Below the pieces are notes generated by a model. The model saw nothing but the letters and a program-made list of their open reading frames with translations. It searched no databases and had not been told where the DNA came from. Positions 46,099-55,634 of a stretch of 64,000 nt of DNA are shown piece after piece (positions within the stretch are counted from its first letter, which is position 1; each line of letters starts with the position of its first letter). The DNA is from a virus, in the IMG/VR virus record IMGVR_UViG_3300048088_000314, positions 26,805 to 90,804 of that record, one strand, 5' to 3'. Made by a program: the position numbers and the translations under genes.

Positions 46099-46583
46099 CG
46101 TGGCTCCCAGTTCTGGGCCCCGTACCAATCTTCAACCGCCTGCTGGATTGCCTCGGCCAGCGAAGTACGATGGCCTTCGGTGACTCGCTGATCGCCCCGC
46201 ACCTGCTCCGCAAGGAAGTGGTCCGCGAGGTCATAGCAGGCGGGATCGACGCCTATGCGGCGCGGCGGCTTGGGCTCGACGTCGCCCGCCACCTTCCGCA
46301 TCCAATAGTGCAGGACCTCTTCATCCCCCGCGCGCCAGTCGATCCGCTTCATCCAGCCGATGGTGCCAACGAGCTCGGCGGGGCGCCGGTAGACGCAGAG
46401 GTGAGGCTTCGTCAGTCCCATCGTGCTGATAACGTCAAATGGCCCGGCAGGAGAAGCCGCCATGTGCTCGAAGCAGAGGTCGCCGAGCATCCACCGATAG
46501 CCGGCGGCGATGACCACGCCCTTGGTCTTGATGACCTCAGCGAGCTTGTCGAAGATGTGTTCGATGTTCGCCATAGCTTTCAT
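46095..46583 (-). CDS. hypothetical protein
   Basis: Coupled overlaps. Confidence 0.55.
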   Translation of the reverse strand: MKAMANIEHIFDKLAEVIKTKGVVIAAGYRWMLGDLCFEHMAASPAGPFDVISTMGLTKPHLCVYRRPAELVGTIGWMKRIDWRAGDEEVLHYWMRKVAGDVEPKPPRRIGVDPACYDLADHFLAEQVRGDQRVTEGHRTSLAEAIQQAVEDWYGAQNWEPR

Positions 46584-47065
46584 GCCCCCTGTCGCGCTTC
46601 CAAGCCGAACCGGGCACGCGCACGTCGCCGTCGCCGCTTCGGCGTGTGCGGCGTTGAGGCAAAGTACACCGCCGAGATAACCGCGATGTCCTCGGCAAAG
46701 GTGGACGCCGTCCGTAACGGGCCATGTTGCGCGAGGAACAAAAAGTCGGGGAGAGAAACGATCACCCATATCACCCGATAGGGCGCCTGCAGGTTAGGCA
46801 CGCTGTTAGCAAGCTCCGCTTCCGACCACAGCCATGCGGCGACGAACAATTCCGCCGCAATCATGCCGCCAAGCCAGGCCATGCTAATCGTGGGGCGCTC
46901 CCACCACACCGCCCCGATCCTAATCATCCCAAATACAACGAATGGCGCTACGCACCCCCTGGATAGACCGGCCGGCGTCGCACCAAACCGCCACCCCAAT
47001 TCCCGGGCAATCCTGCCGTATATGCCGAGCAGAACTCCGTCAATTGTGGCGACAGGGCCTTTCAT
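46580..47065 (-). CDS. membrane protein
   Basis: 3-4 hydrophobic segments; GGAGG SD. Confidence 0.5.
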   Translation of the reverse strand: MKGPVATIDGVLLGIYGRIARELGWRFGATPAGLSRGCVAPFVVFGMIRIGAVWWERPTISMAWLGGMIAAELFVAAWLWSEAELANSVPNLQAPYRVIWVIVSLPDFLFLAQHGPLRTASTFAEDIAVISAVYFASTPHTPKRRRRRARARFGLEARQGA

Positions 47066-47355
47066 GCGCCCCCTCCTCTGGGAACCGGGATCGGCCCTAG
47101 CCTAGTGATGTTCTGCCCGAGCCACCAACGGGAACCCGAGTCGGTGTCGACCTCGAACCAGGCGTTGCCGCGCTCGTAGCGCATATGCCCCGAGAGCCGA
47201 CCGTAAACCCCGGTTATCTTGTGCTCCACCCTCGCCCCCAGCAGGTGCGCTTCATAGGCGCCCCTGATGAGGTTGCCACCATCCAGCGGTGGCAGCGCGG
47301 TGACGTTATCCTCGGAGCGCTTCACGGCCATGACCCAGGAGGGGAAACCCAGCAT
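47062..47355 (-). CDS. hypothetical protein, first gene of the leftward operon
   Basis: Lies directly downstream of the leftward promoter. Confidence 0.5.
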   Translation of the reverse strand: MLGFPSWVMAVKRSEDNVTALPPLDGGNLIRGAYEAHLLGARVEHKITGVYGRLSGHMRYERGNAWFEVDTDSGSRWWLGQNITRLGPIPVPRGGGA

Positions 47356-47361
47356 CGCGTA

Positions 47362-47443
47362 GATGTACGAAATTTTTGCACACTTCGCAAGGGGCGCACC
47401 CTTGTATAGAGCGTTTGACGTTCAAAAATTTTGCACATACCCT
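47362..47443. promoter_or_regulatory. divergent promoters with two related operators
   Basis: Rightward TTGACG(47415)-17-TACCCT; leftward TTGCGA(47390)-17-TACATC; operators TGTACGAAATTTTTGCACA (47364-47382) and CGTTCAAAAATTTTGCACA (47419-47437). Confidence 0.7.
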
Positions 47444-47455
47444 TTCTAAGGTCAA

Positions 47456-47686
47456 ATGAGCACTCGGCAGATCATCGAACGGCTCGGGGGAACTCGAGCG
47501 CTGGCACGGCGCCTCGGCATCTCGCCGGGCACTGTCAACTATTGGAAAAAGCAGAAGCGGGTTCCCGCCAAACATCAGGCCGATCTTATCGCGGCCGGAG
47601 CCGATCTCGATCCGCCGATTTGCGCTCAGGACTTCTTCACCGAGGAGGCACCCATTGTCAGACGACCAAACGCTATCGTCGATTAA
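47456..47686 (+). CDS. Cro/YdaS-like HTH regulator
   Basis: IIERLGG..ALA..LGIS..TV..W.....VP. Confidence 0.85.
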   Translation: MSTRQIIERLGGTRALARRLGISPGTVNYWKKQKRVPAKHQADLIAAGADLDPPICAQDFFTEEAPIVRRPNAIVD

Positions 47687-48173
47687 GCTCGCCCGCGACA
47701 CGATGGCCGGCCAGATGCGGGACATCATGCTCGACACACTGAAGCACCGCGCCTCTACCCTTCCCTGGAATATGTGGAAAGAGGACGAGCAGCAGGACTT
47801 CATCGACCGGGTCAACGCGGTTGTCGAGGAGGCGACCAAGCAGGCGGTCGAGATCATCTGCGCCGATGGCCGCCCGACGATCGCGTGCAACGTCGAGCAG
47901 TTCACCGTCAAGGACGGCGTCAAGATCGTGGTCAAGACGACGTTGAGCCCCGAGACGCTCGCGATCATCGGCACGCTCAAGACCAAGACGGCGATCCTCA
48001 CGTTCGCCGATGCTGGCGACTACATGGGCATGACCTTCCGCGGGCCCGAACCGCTGCAGCCCGAGTTGTTCGAGAACGGCGAGGACGGCGCCCCGGTGTT
48101 CGACAAGACGACGGCCGGCAAGCGGACGCGCCGCAAGAAGGGGCAGGAACCAGAGGCCCAGCCCGAGGCATGA
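47655..48173 (+). CDS. phage hypothetical protein
   Basis: GAGG SD before TTG; PW....E.EQ...I and VKDG.K patterns. Confidence 0.7.
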   Translation: MSDDQTLSSIKLARDTMAGQMRDIMLDTLKHRASTLPWNMWKEDEQQDFIDRVNAVVEEATKQAVEIICADGRPTIACNVEQFTVKDGVKIVVKTTLSPETLAIIGTLKTKTAILTFADAGDYMGMTFRGPEPLQPELFENGEDGAPVFDKTTAGKRTRRKKGQEPEAQPEA

Positions 48174-48676
48174 TCCGAATCGAACTATCCGGCGTTCCCC
48201 AAGGCAAAGGGCGCGGGCGGGCGGTCAACACCCCCGCCGGCGTCCGCGTCTACACGCCCAAAAAGACGGTGACCTACGAGTCGCAATTGCGATACGCGGC
48301 AACCCAGGTCATGGCCGGCCGGGCACCCCTTCAGGGGCCGGTGCGCGTCGTTATGACGATGCGCTTCCCGGTTCCGGCGTCATGGTCGAAGAAGAACCAA
48401 GCGGCGGCTCTAGCGGGCCAAATCCGCCCGACCATCAAACCCGACTGGGATAACGGCGCAAAATTGTGCGACGCGATCAACATGGTCGTGTTCCTCGACG
48501 ACAAACAGGTTGTCGATGGCCGGGTGATAAAGCTCTATTCCGAGCGTCCCGGCTTGACGATCGAGGTTGAGTCGGCCTTCATCGAGATCGAGGAGAAGCC
48601 TCTCTCATCCGACCCGCGCACGCAGAGTTTCGCGCTGCCGCGGATCACCAACCCCAAGCAACTGGACATGCTATGA
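48170..48676 (+). CDS. rusA: RusA Holliday junction resolvase
   Basis: P.GKGR.R; YTP.KT..YE; KPD.DN..K..DA.N..VF.DD.QVV. Confidence 0.9.
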   Translation: MIRIELSGVPQGKGRGRAVNTPAGVRVYTPKKTVTYESQLRYAATQVMAGRAPLQGPVRVVMTMRFPVPASWSKKNQAAALAGQIRPTIKPDWDNGAKLCDAINMVVFLDDKQVVDGRVIKLYSERPGLTIEVESAFIEIEEKPLSSDPRTQSFALPRITNPKQLDML

Positions 48677-49839
48677 CGAAAACCAGGGAGAAGAAGCCGC
48701 AGGTGATCGAGCACGAGCCGGCCGATCCGACTCCGCGCGGAGTCGAACCCGAGGAACCCCCGGCGCCCGAAGGCGGGTGGTGGGATTGGAAGGCTCTGGG
48801 CCTGACCATCCTGCCGCACACGCCCTACGAGGAATGGGAGAACCTGTGGAACCAGACGCGGCGGACCCACCAATCGGTCAACTGGTGGATCGGCGACGTG
48901 CTGAACTTCGCCCAGGACACCTACCCCGAAACCTGGACCCAGGTCCTGGGGGCGCACGGGATCGAGGTCTACAAGAACGCGATGTGGGTGGCGAAGGTCT
49001 ATCCCCTTGTCGATCGCGTCGAGGACGTCTCCTGGTCCAACCATCGCGAAGTGGCGAAGTACGAGCCGGCGGTGCGCGCCGAGTGGCTGAAGAAGTGCGT
49101 CGAGCAGGATTGGACCCTCAAGCAGCTTACCGAAGCACTAGCGCTCGACAAGCAGCAGAAGGCCCTGGCCGAGCGGCGCAATGCGCCTCCCGAGGAGCAG
49201 ATCGAGCGGCCAGGACCGCGGACGGGGGCTGGCGGTGCCCCGGAGCCCCAACCAGAACCCGCGACGACGATGCAGGCTCCGGTCGCCGAGAAACCAACGT
49301 GCCCGCAGTGCAATTCCGACGACCTGAGCGAAGAAGATAACGACGGCCAGCCGTACCTCGTCTGCGGCAACTGCGGCTGGGACAACCTGCCCGAACCCGA
49401 GCCGGCGATCGCCACCGCTCCGCCGCCGCGCGCCGGGGATCCGGAGCCGCTACCGCCGCCCCGCAGCCGCGCCGACACGATGCGCGCGGCATTGGAGATC
49501 GTCCGCAAGGTTGGGCCGACCGCAGCCATGGGGCAGGACGTGCCGGCCAACGCGCAGACCGAATGGGCTTCGTGCGCGCGGCAGCTTGCCGACCTCCCAC
49601 TGATCCTCAGCCAGTTGCGCGTCGAGAAGGCGCTGTCCTGGATTCCCGGGGAGTGGCTGGTCCACCACATGGAGGCCGGCTCGGAGACGTTCGGCGGCCG
49701 GAAGTGGAAGATCGAGCTCCGCCGCGGCAAGACCAACCGCGCCTATGCCGATGGTCCCTGGCTGGCCGGCGTGATGCTCGACGCGGCGTTCTCCGCGCAT
49801 CTGTCGGACGCCAACGCGCTGTCGCAAGCGGCGGAGTGA
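48673..49839 (+). CDS. putative DNA-binding protein with Zn ribbon
   Basis: WWIGD..., SWS.HREVA helical domain; CPQC...CGNC. Confidence 0.7.
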   Translation: MTKTREKKPQVIEHEPADPTPRGVEPEEPPAPEGGWWDWKALGLTILPHTPYEEWENLWNQTRRTHQSVNWWIGDVLNFAQDTYPETWTQVLGAHGIEVYKNAMWVAKVYPLVDRVEDVSWSNHREVAKYEPAVRAEWLKKCVEQDWTLKQLTEALALDKQQKALAERRNAPPEEQIERPGPRTGAGGAPEPQPEPATTMQAPVAEKPTCPQCNSDDLSEEDNDGQPYLVCGNCGWDNLPEPEPAIATAPPPRAGDPEPLPPPRSRADTMRAALEIVRKVGPTAAMGQDVPANAQTEWASCARQLADLPLILSQLRVEKALSWIPGEWLVHHMEAGSETFGGRKWKIELRRGKTNRAYADGPWLAGVMLDAAFSAHLSDANALSQAAE

Positions 49840-50060
49840 TGCACGCTTTCTTCGCCCTGCAGCGGGGCGTAGAGGGGCTCGTCCCCGTCACCTTTGCCGA
49901 GCGGCCCGACCTCACCCGAGGCTGGGCTCGCTCGGTGGTCCCGGAGACGGTGGTCGAGGTTCCACCGGAGCTACATGACGCCACCTTCGGCGAGGTTCTG
50001 CGCTGGCGCCGGGCGGTTGCGCTCCTTGAACTGGCCGAGAGCGACCATGCCGGCGCCTGA
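49839..50060 (+). CDS. hypothetical protein
   Basis: TGATG overlap. Confidence 0.45.
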   Translation: MHAFFALQRGVEGLVPVTFAERPDLTRGWARSVVPETVVEVPPELHDATFGEVLRWRRAVALLELAESDHAGA

Positions 50061-50280
50061 CGCTTACGCCAATGCGGTTGCCCATGACGAGGCGCGGGAA
50101 CTCGCGGCGGCGATCATGGAAGAGATCCTCGCCAAGGCGCTGCCGGGAGCCGGAATAGGAATCGGCTTGGGCGCCCTTGCGATGGCGTTGGGACGCCTGC
50201 TCGCCGCTCTTCCAAAGCACGAGCGCCAGAGAGCGCTCGAGGCCCTGATGACTATCGCGCTCTTGGAGATGGATCGGTGA
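50047..50280 (+). CDS. hypothetical protein
   Basis: Fits the operon. Confidence 0.45.
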   Translation: MPAPDAYANAVAHDEARELAAAIMEEILAKALPGAGIGIGLGALAMALGRLLAALPKHERQRALEALMTIALLEMDR

Positions 50281-50639
50281 AGGATCGCATCTGATCCGCG
50301 AACTGGGTCTCTAAAAAAAGATCGGCCCCCACACGCGGCGGAGGCCAGTTTAAGGAGGAAACACGCCGACCGCAGCGGGTGCGCTATGGACAGCGGCGGC
50401 ACTATGGGCGCGCTGGGCGAGGATCACAAGCGCCGCGTCGGATGCCGTACAGCACCGCACAAGCCGCGACATAGCGCGCATCGCTTTCCTCAGCCTTTGG
50501 TGGTTACCGCCGAGTCGGTCCACAACATCTTCTGTAACAGACCGTGACAGCGTGTAACCAACAAGGGCGGCGCCGATAAGCCGCTTGCCGGCCCTGACGG
50601 ATCGGCGTCAGATGGCTCAATGATCAGTGGGAGGGAACG

Positions 50640-52103
50640 GTGGCGGCTGAGATTCTCGCATTACACCCCACCCTGCATCCCGCCGCCAGCGACCCCTACG
50701 CGGTCCTCTACAACGCCGCAGCCGAGCAACAGCTTCTCGGCATCCTCCTCACCGACAACCGCTACCACGAGCACGTCGCCGACATCATAAAGCCGGAGGA
50801 TTTCGGCAACGCCCTCCACGGGCGAATCTATGCGCTGATCGGCGAACTCCTCACCAGCGGCAAGGCCGCTGACCCCCCGACCATCATGCCCTTCCTGGAG
50901 GCCGACGAGGACCTCAAGAAGGCCGGTGGCACCCAGTACATCATCAAGCTGATCCAATCGGTCGTGACGCGGCTCAACGCGCCGCACTACGCCGAGACGA
51001 TCGCCGACCTGTCCCGGCGCCGGCAGGTGGTCGCCCTGGCCCAGGAAGCCATCAAGGACGCAGCCAGGCCCGATCCGAAGCGCTCGGCGGTCGACATAGC
51101 CGATTCTCTGGAGACCGGGCTTATCGAGGTCATCAACTCGACCCAGCGCAGCGCGCCTCAGCGAGTCGGCACCCTGGCGCAGCAGTCAATCATGCGGACC
51201 CAGCAGGCCTACCAGGACGGCGGGGCTCCGGTGGTCGACACTGGGCTCACGGACCTCGACACGGTGCTCAAGGGGCTCGGCGTGGGGAATCTGGTGGTCG
51301 TCGGCGGTAGGCCCGGCATGGGCAAATCGGCGTGGGGCGCGAATCTCCTGTTCAATGCCGCTCGCGCCGGTATCCCGGGGATGATGTTCAGCCTCGAGAT
51401 GACCGGCGAGGAGCTTACCCAGCGCTGGATCGCCGGCATGACGGGGATCCCGACCGACAAACAGCGGCACGGAAAGATCGAGCCGGACCAGTGGCAGGAC
51501 CTCGTCGACGCGCAGGCTGAACTCGAGAAGCTCCCGATCTGGGTCGATGAACAGCAGCGATTGAGCGTCGGACAATTGCGGGCGCGGACGAAGCGCCTGA
51601 AGCGCCGGCACGGTATCCGGGTCATCGTGGTCGACTACCTGCAATTGATGGCGGGCGACCGCACGGCGCGTATGGAAAAGCGCTTCGAGGAAGTCTCCCA
51701 GATCACCCGCGACCTGAAGGGCATTGCCAAGGAGCTTGGTATCGTCGTGGTGGCGCTGTCGCAGTTGTCGCGTGAGGTCGAGAAGCGAGACGACAAACGC
51801 CCCATGCTGTCGGACCTGCGCGAATCGGGGTCGATCGAGCAGGACGCCGACGTTGTGATGTTGCTCTACCGGGAGGAGTATTACCTCGTCAACCAAGCGC
51901 CGCGTAAGGGCGGCTCCGGCAGGGAAACCGACGAGCAGTTCTCCCAGCGCCTCTCCCGGTGGGAGGAACACCGCGAGGCGGTGCGCGGGATAGCCGAGAT
52001 CAACGTCGCCAAGCAGCGCCACGGCAAGAGCGCCCTGGTGAAGGTGGCCTGGAGCGGTACGCGGCAGAAGTTCTCCGACCTGTACCGGGGCGACCAGTCG
52101 TAG
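50640..52103 (+). CDS. dnaB: replicative DNA helicase
   Basis: AEQ.LLG, GRPGMGKS, FSLEM, DYLQL, LSQLSR, SDLRESGSIEQDAD, KQRHG. Confidence 0.95.
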   Translation: MAAEILALHPTLHPAASDPYAVLYNAAAEQQLLGILLTDNRYHEHVADIIKPEDFGNALHGRIYALIGELLTSGKAADPPTIMPFLEADEDLKKAGGTQYIIKLIQSVVTRLNAPHYAETIADLSRRRQVVALAQEAIKDAARPDPKRSAVDIADSLETGLIEVINSTQRSAPQRVGTLAQQSIMRTQQAYQDGGAPVVDTGLTDLDTVLKGLGVGNLVVVGGRPGMGKSAWGANLLFNAARAGIPGMMFSLEMTGEELTQRWIAGMTGIPTDKQRHGKIEPDQWQDLVDAQAELEKLPIWVDEQQRLSVGQLRARTKRLKRRHGIRVIVVDYLQLMAGDRTARMEKRFEEVSQITRDLKGIAKELGIVVVALSQLSREVEKRDDKRPMLSDLRESGSIEQDADVVMLLYREEYYLVNQAPRKGGSGRETDEQFSQRLSRWEEHREAVRGIAEINVAKQRHGKSALVKVAWSGTRQKFSDLYRGDQS

Positions 52104-52294
52104 GGGAGAAATCAATTGTCCTGGTGGAACCGCCTCGGCCTCGCGTGGGTGATTACATCAGCCGGGTTGATGGCTGGAGACCTTGCTTATTGGGGAGATG
52201 CCATTCCCGCGGGCCGAGCGATCGTCCCACTCGGAATTTCGATAGCTGGGACGTTGATGTTTTGTTGGGGAGCCCCCACTAAACCGCGTAGATA

Positions 52295-52426
52295 GAAAAC
52301 CAAAAGACCCCCGCCGGAGCGGGGGTCTCAGAGGGTTGTTGACGAAGCTCGGGGGCCTGTCGTAGCCTCTGTGGCGATCACCCGGGGTTGTCGCCCCGAT
52401 GATCATGCGGCTGGTGGATCAGCCTG
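52295..52426 (-). ncRNA. candidate antisense small RNA of about 130 nt
   Basis: Minus-strand TTGAAG(52460)-17-TATTCT(52437-52432), several hairpins, then an intrinsic terminator. Confidence 0.5.
52296..52328 (-). terminator. Rho-independent terminator
   Basis: 10-bp stem AGACCCCCGC/GCGGGGGTCT followed by a T-rich tail on the minus strand. Confidence 0.75.
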
Positions 52427-52501
52427 GGCCAAGAATAGGCCCTCCCTGTTCCCGCTTCAAGCCCTTGATCGTCTCGCGGCGACTCCGCACGGAGTCGAAA
52501 T

Positions 52502-52891
52502 GTGAGATTGGGCTACCTCGACGAAATTCGATGGGACGGTCGACCGGGGAGCCGCGAATGTCGGCTCAACCAAGCGGAGGGGGATTTCTCATCCCTTGCC
52601 CAGACCAAAGGCTGGTCCGTTATGAAGCGGGGCTGGCCTGACTTCCTATGTCGAAGCAAAAATGGCGAGTTCTTCGTCGTCGAGGTCAAGCCTCGTAACG
52701 CTACCGGCGAATTTTCTGCCCTCAAGCTCGAACAGGTCGCATGCCTCGATTGGCTCACCAGCCTCGGCGTGCGTTGCTATATATCGGATGGCGTGGATAT
52801 CGAACGGTATGACGAACGTCATCGCCGAGGCCTGCCACCCGTGCCCGACCCTGCCGCCTTTAGGGGACGCCGCCCGACAGCGCCAGGATAA
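52502..52891 (+). CDS. VRR-NUC-like PD-(D/E)XK nuclease
   Basis: GWPDFL....FVEVK.....L..EQ. Confidence 0.65.
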   Translation: MRLGYLDEIRWDGRPGSRECRLNQAEGDFSSLAQTKGWSVMKRGWPDFLCRSKNGEFFVVEVKPRNATGEFSALKLEQVACLDWLTSLGVRCYISDGVDIERYDERHRRGLPPVPDPAAFRGRRPTAPG

Positions 52892-53138
52892 GATCGATAG
52901 TCGCGCCGTGCGCCGCGACATCGCGCGGGGCATCGACAGACAATTCGATGTGCGGGGCGCGACCCCCGCCGGGCCAGTATCAACTTTTCTCGCACGCGCG
53001 CGGGGAGATGGGCGGAGTGTGTCCTTTGCTTGAAGCGATTCCGCTTGGCGCCGAGAGGGCAGTGCGGCGCTCGGCTTCGCCTCACGCTCGGGGAAAGGAT
53101 TCGGCACTCAATTGGGTCTCAGGAGTGGAGGGTAGGCC

Positions 53139-53855
53139 GTGGTCACGTTATCAGCCGACACAGCAGCGGAAATGCTGGTTCGCATCCGTGGTTGGTTGCT
53201 AGAGCAGGCCGCTATTCAGCGAGCCGCCGGCAATCCTGGGATGATCGCTGACTGGCTGGGTGTTGCCGCTGGAAATGTTGAAGCGGCTGCCGCGCGAGCG
53301 GGGGCAGAGGTTCCCGGCCGCGTGAGGCCGCCAGTGATCAGCGGACCCGCGCCGAAACCTGCCCGCAGCGAACCCGCCGCGGTGGCTCCCGCCGCGAAGC
53401 GCAAGCCGGGGAAGGACTCTCGACTCGCGGATGATTTTGTCGTACCCGAGGATTGGATTGCCGCCGGCCATGAAATCCGCACTCGCCACAATCTGTCTCC
53501 CGCCAATCTCGAGGCCGAGGCAGAGCATTTCGTTCTGTATTGGACGTCGAGGTCCCGTAACGCGACGAAACGCGATTGGCGGCGCACCTGGCTCACCTGG
53601 TGCATGAGAAACCAACGGATGGCGGCACCCAAGTCCTCCCCCGCGAGCGGTTCCTACGACCCCCTGGACAGCGACGTATGGCGCCGGCGGATCACGCACT
53701 GGCGAGACAAGCTGGGTGCCGACCCGGAGAAGTGGGGCGAGGGTTGGGGCTACCCGCCTGGGGAGGCCGGCTGTCCCGCGCCGCGGCATGTTCTCCGTGA
53801 GATGGGCTACGAGCCCGTCGAGTCCCGAAGCAGCATGAAACAGGGCAGGCCATGA
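53139..53855 (+). CDS. phage replication-protein-like (C-terminal domain)
   Basis: RL.DDF.....W; F..YW.......K.DW..TW..W. Confidence 0.6.
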   Translation: MVTLSADTAAEMLVRIRGWLLEQAAIQRAAGNPGMIADWLGVAAGNVEAAAARAGAEVPGRVRPPVISGPAPKPARSEPAAVAPAAKRKPGKDSRLADDFVVPEDWIAAGHEIRTRHNLSPANLEAEAEHFVLYWTSRSRNATKRDWRRTWLTWCMRNQRMAAPKSSPASGSYDPLDSDVWRRRITHWRDKLGADPEKWGEGWGYPPGEAGCPAPRHVLREMGYEPVESRSSMKQGRP

Positions 53856-54073
53856 ACGCAGATCAGAACGTGCTCGAGGCCGACGAGTGGGCGGTCGAGG
53901 CCTGCTCGGGCGGGATCCAGGTCGAGCTCATCCACGAGTGCGGGTGCTGCTCGACCATCGCGAAGCTCGACGCCGAGATGGCTGACCAGATGATCGCGCA
54001 CCTGCGGTTCGCCATGCGGCATTCGCGGGCGATCTGCGCCGGGCAGAGCGTCGTGGAGGAAGGAAACGGATGA
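53852..54073 (+). CDS. hypothetical protein
   Basis: ATGA overlaps. Confidence 0.5.
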   Translation: MNADQNVLEADEWAVEACSGGIQVELIHECGCCSTIAKLDAEMADQMIAHLRFAMRHSRAICAGQSVVEEGNG

Positions 54074-54273
54074 CCGCCGAAGAGCAGGCCCAGGTCGCCG
54101 CCTTCATCGCCGCCGGCAAGGTCACGAAGTGCGCGACCGTGAGCGCTCAGGACGCCACCGTGGAGGGGTTCCTGGCGCGCTACCGCGAGGAGCGCGGCGG
54201 CAAGAGAATGCGCATCATGCGTCCCTGGCGCCAGAAGGGCAAAAACCCCGGGACGAGGGCAAAAACCCCATGA
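54070..54273 (+). CDS. hypothetical protein
   Basis: ATGA overlaps; F.A.G.VTKC. Confidence 0.5.
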   Translation: MTAEEQAQVAAFIAAGKVTKCATVSAQDATVEGFLARYREERGGKRMRIMRPWRQKGKNPGTRAKTP

Positions 54274-54830
54274 CCGACCGACCCATCATCTTCTCGGCGC
54301 CGATGATTCGATCGCTCCTGGACGGACGAAAGACGATGACGAGGCGACTCGAATCGTCTCCGCTGGCCAAGACTGCGCGTGGCGATCGGCTCTGGGTGCG
54401 CGAGGCATTCTCCGAACCAAACGATCAGGTGACAATTTACCGTGCCAACTGGCATGAGGACGCGCTGGCCCGTGGTCTCGATGGCGTGCCGAACACCGAC
54501 GCCGGGATCCGTTGGCGCCCCTCTATCCACATGCCGCGCCGCGTATCTCGCCTCACACTCGATGTCACCGCAGTCAAGATCGAGCGGCTGCAGGAAATCA
54601 CTGAGGACGACGCTCGCGCCGAGGGTGTGCTCTACGTGCCGGGGCATGGCGATCTCTCGCCCGCGGAACTGAGCGCCGATCCTGGATATAGCAATTATCT
54701 CAACTGCCGCCTTGGGTTCTGGGCTCTCTGGGATACGCTACACGGCCCCGGCGCCTGGGCGCAAAACCCCGAGGTCGTCGCGCTGACCTTCGCCGTACAC
54801 GAACTCAATATCGACAGAGCATCCCAATGA
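54270..54830 (+). CDS. ASCH/PUA-like phage protein
   Basis: RPIIFS.PM..LLDGRKT.TRR, GDRLWVRE, WRPSIHMPR, ERLQ.I..DA.AEG. Confidence 0.8.
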   Translation: MTDRPIIFSAPMIRSLLDGRKTMTRRLESSPLAKTARGDRLWVREAFSEPNDQVTIYRANWHEDALARGLDGVPNTDAGIRWRPSIHMPRRVSRLTLDVTAVKIERLQEITEDDARAEGVLYVPGHGDLSPAELSADPGYSNYLNCRLGFWALWDTLHGPGAWAQNPEVVALTFAVHELNIDRASQ

Positions 54831-55129
54831 AAGCCAGAGTGCCGACCCCTACGTCGAAGGTTTGCGAAGCCGAAGGCTGCGACAACGAGTTCCACCAGCG
54901 AGACGACGAGCCGCCATGCCGGTTCCGCAAGCGGCGCACCTGCAGCAAGGCGTGCGGGATCAAGCTCCGCGACGCGATGATGGGGCGGCCCAAGAAAGCG
55001 CCGCCCGTCCCCCTGGATGCCGCCTGGGGAGCCGGCGTGAGGTTCGATTCCGCCGATCCCGGCGACGGTGGTACGGTGCGCCTCGTCAGGCCTATGGAGC
55101 ACTCAGGCTGTAGCTGCTCCCTGCTCTAG
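54827..55129 (+). CDS. Cys-rich Zn-binding protein
   Basis: CEAEGC...TCSKAC. Confidence 0.5.
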   Translation: MKARVPTPTSKVCEAEGCDNEFHQRDDEPPCRFRKRRTCSKACGIKLRDAMMGRPKKAPPVPLDAAWGAGVRFDSADPGDGGTVRLVRPMEHSGCSCSLL

Positions 55130-55143
55130 GAGGGGTTATCGGC

Positions 55144-55614
55144 ATGTTCCCACTATGGAATAGGCTTTTCGGCCCTAGGCGAGGCATGGGCGCTTCGCCG
55201 GCTGAGAGCCGCTTTCTGCGGATAGCGGACGCGGTGAGCACAGGGATGGGGTCGCCGCTAAATATAGCCCTATGGGCTGCGGCAACTATAGCCTGGATAA
55301 TGGCCTTCGTAATTAACCCGGATTTACAGAATAGTAACTTCCTTCCTTCGTGGTTTACTTCTAACTCATTCAATTTTCCTCTAAATTCCATTTCGACTCT
55401 TGCCGAGCTTTTTATTGGATTCCTGATCGCCGCTGCAGCGAACCGTGTTGAGAAGCGGAACTACGACCTGCATCAGACGATGGCTCGGATGCTGGCGCAT
55501 CTCGAGGTTCTGACGGAGGCGGTCAAGAGCGAGGTTGACCACGAGGACGGGGAGCTACACGAGATCCTGGCGCTCCTGCGGGAGAGGCGCGAGAAGGACA
55601 CACCTGATAGATAA
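55144..55614 (+). CDS. DUF1003-like membrane protein
   Basis: ADAV...MGS, two TM helices, NR; locally AT-richer. Confidence 0.6.
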   Translation: MFPLWNRLFGPRRGMGASPAESRFLRIADAVSTGMGSPLNIALWAAATIAWIMAFVINPDLQNSNFLPSWFTSNSFNFPLNSISTLAELFIGFLIAAAANRVEKRNYDLHQTMARMLAHLEVLTEAVKSEVDHEDGELHEILALLRERREKDTPDR

Positions 55615-55634
55615 CCGTTAGGGGAGAGATCGTT

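Noticed and set aside
52481-52500. Hairpin followed by GAAA as a fourth hammerhead
   Set aside because: No CUGANGA upstream.
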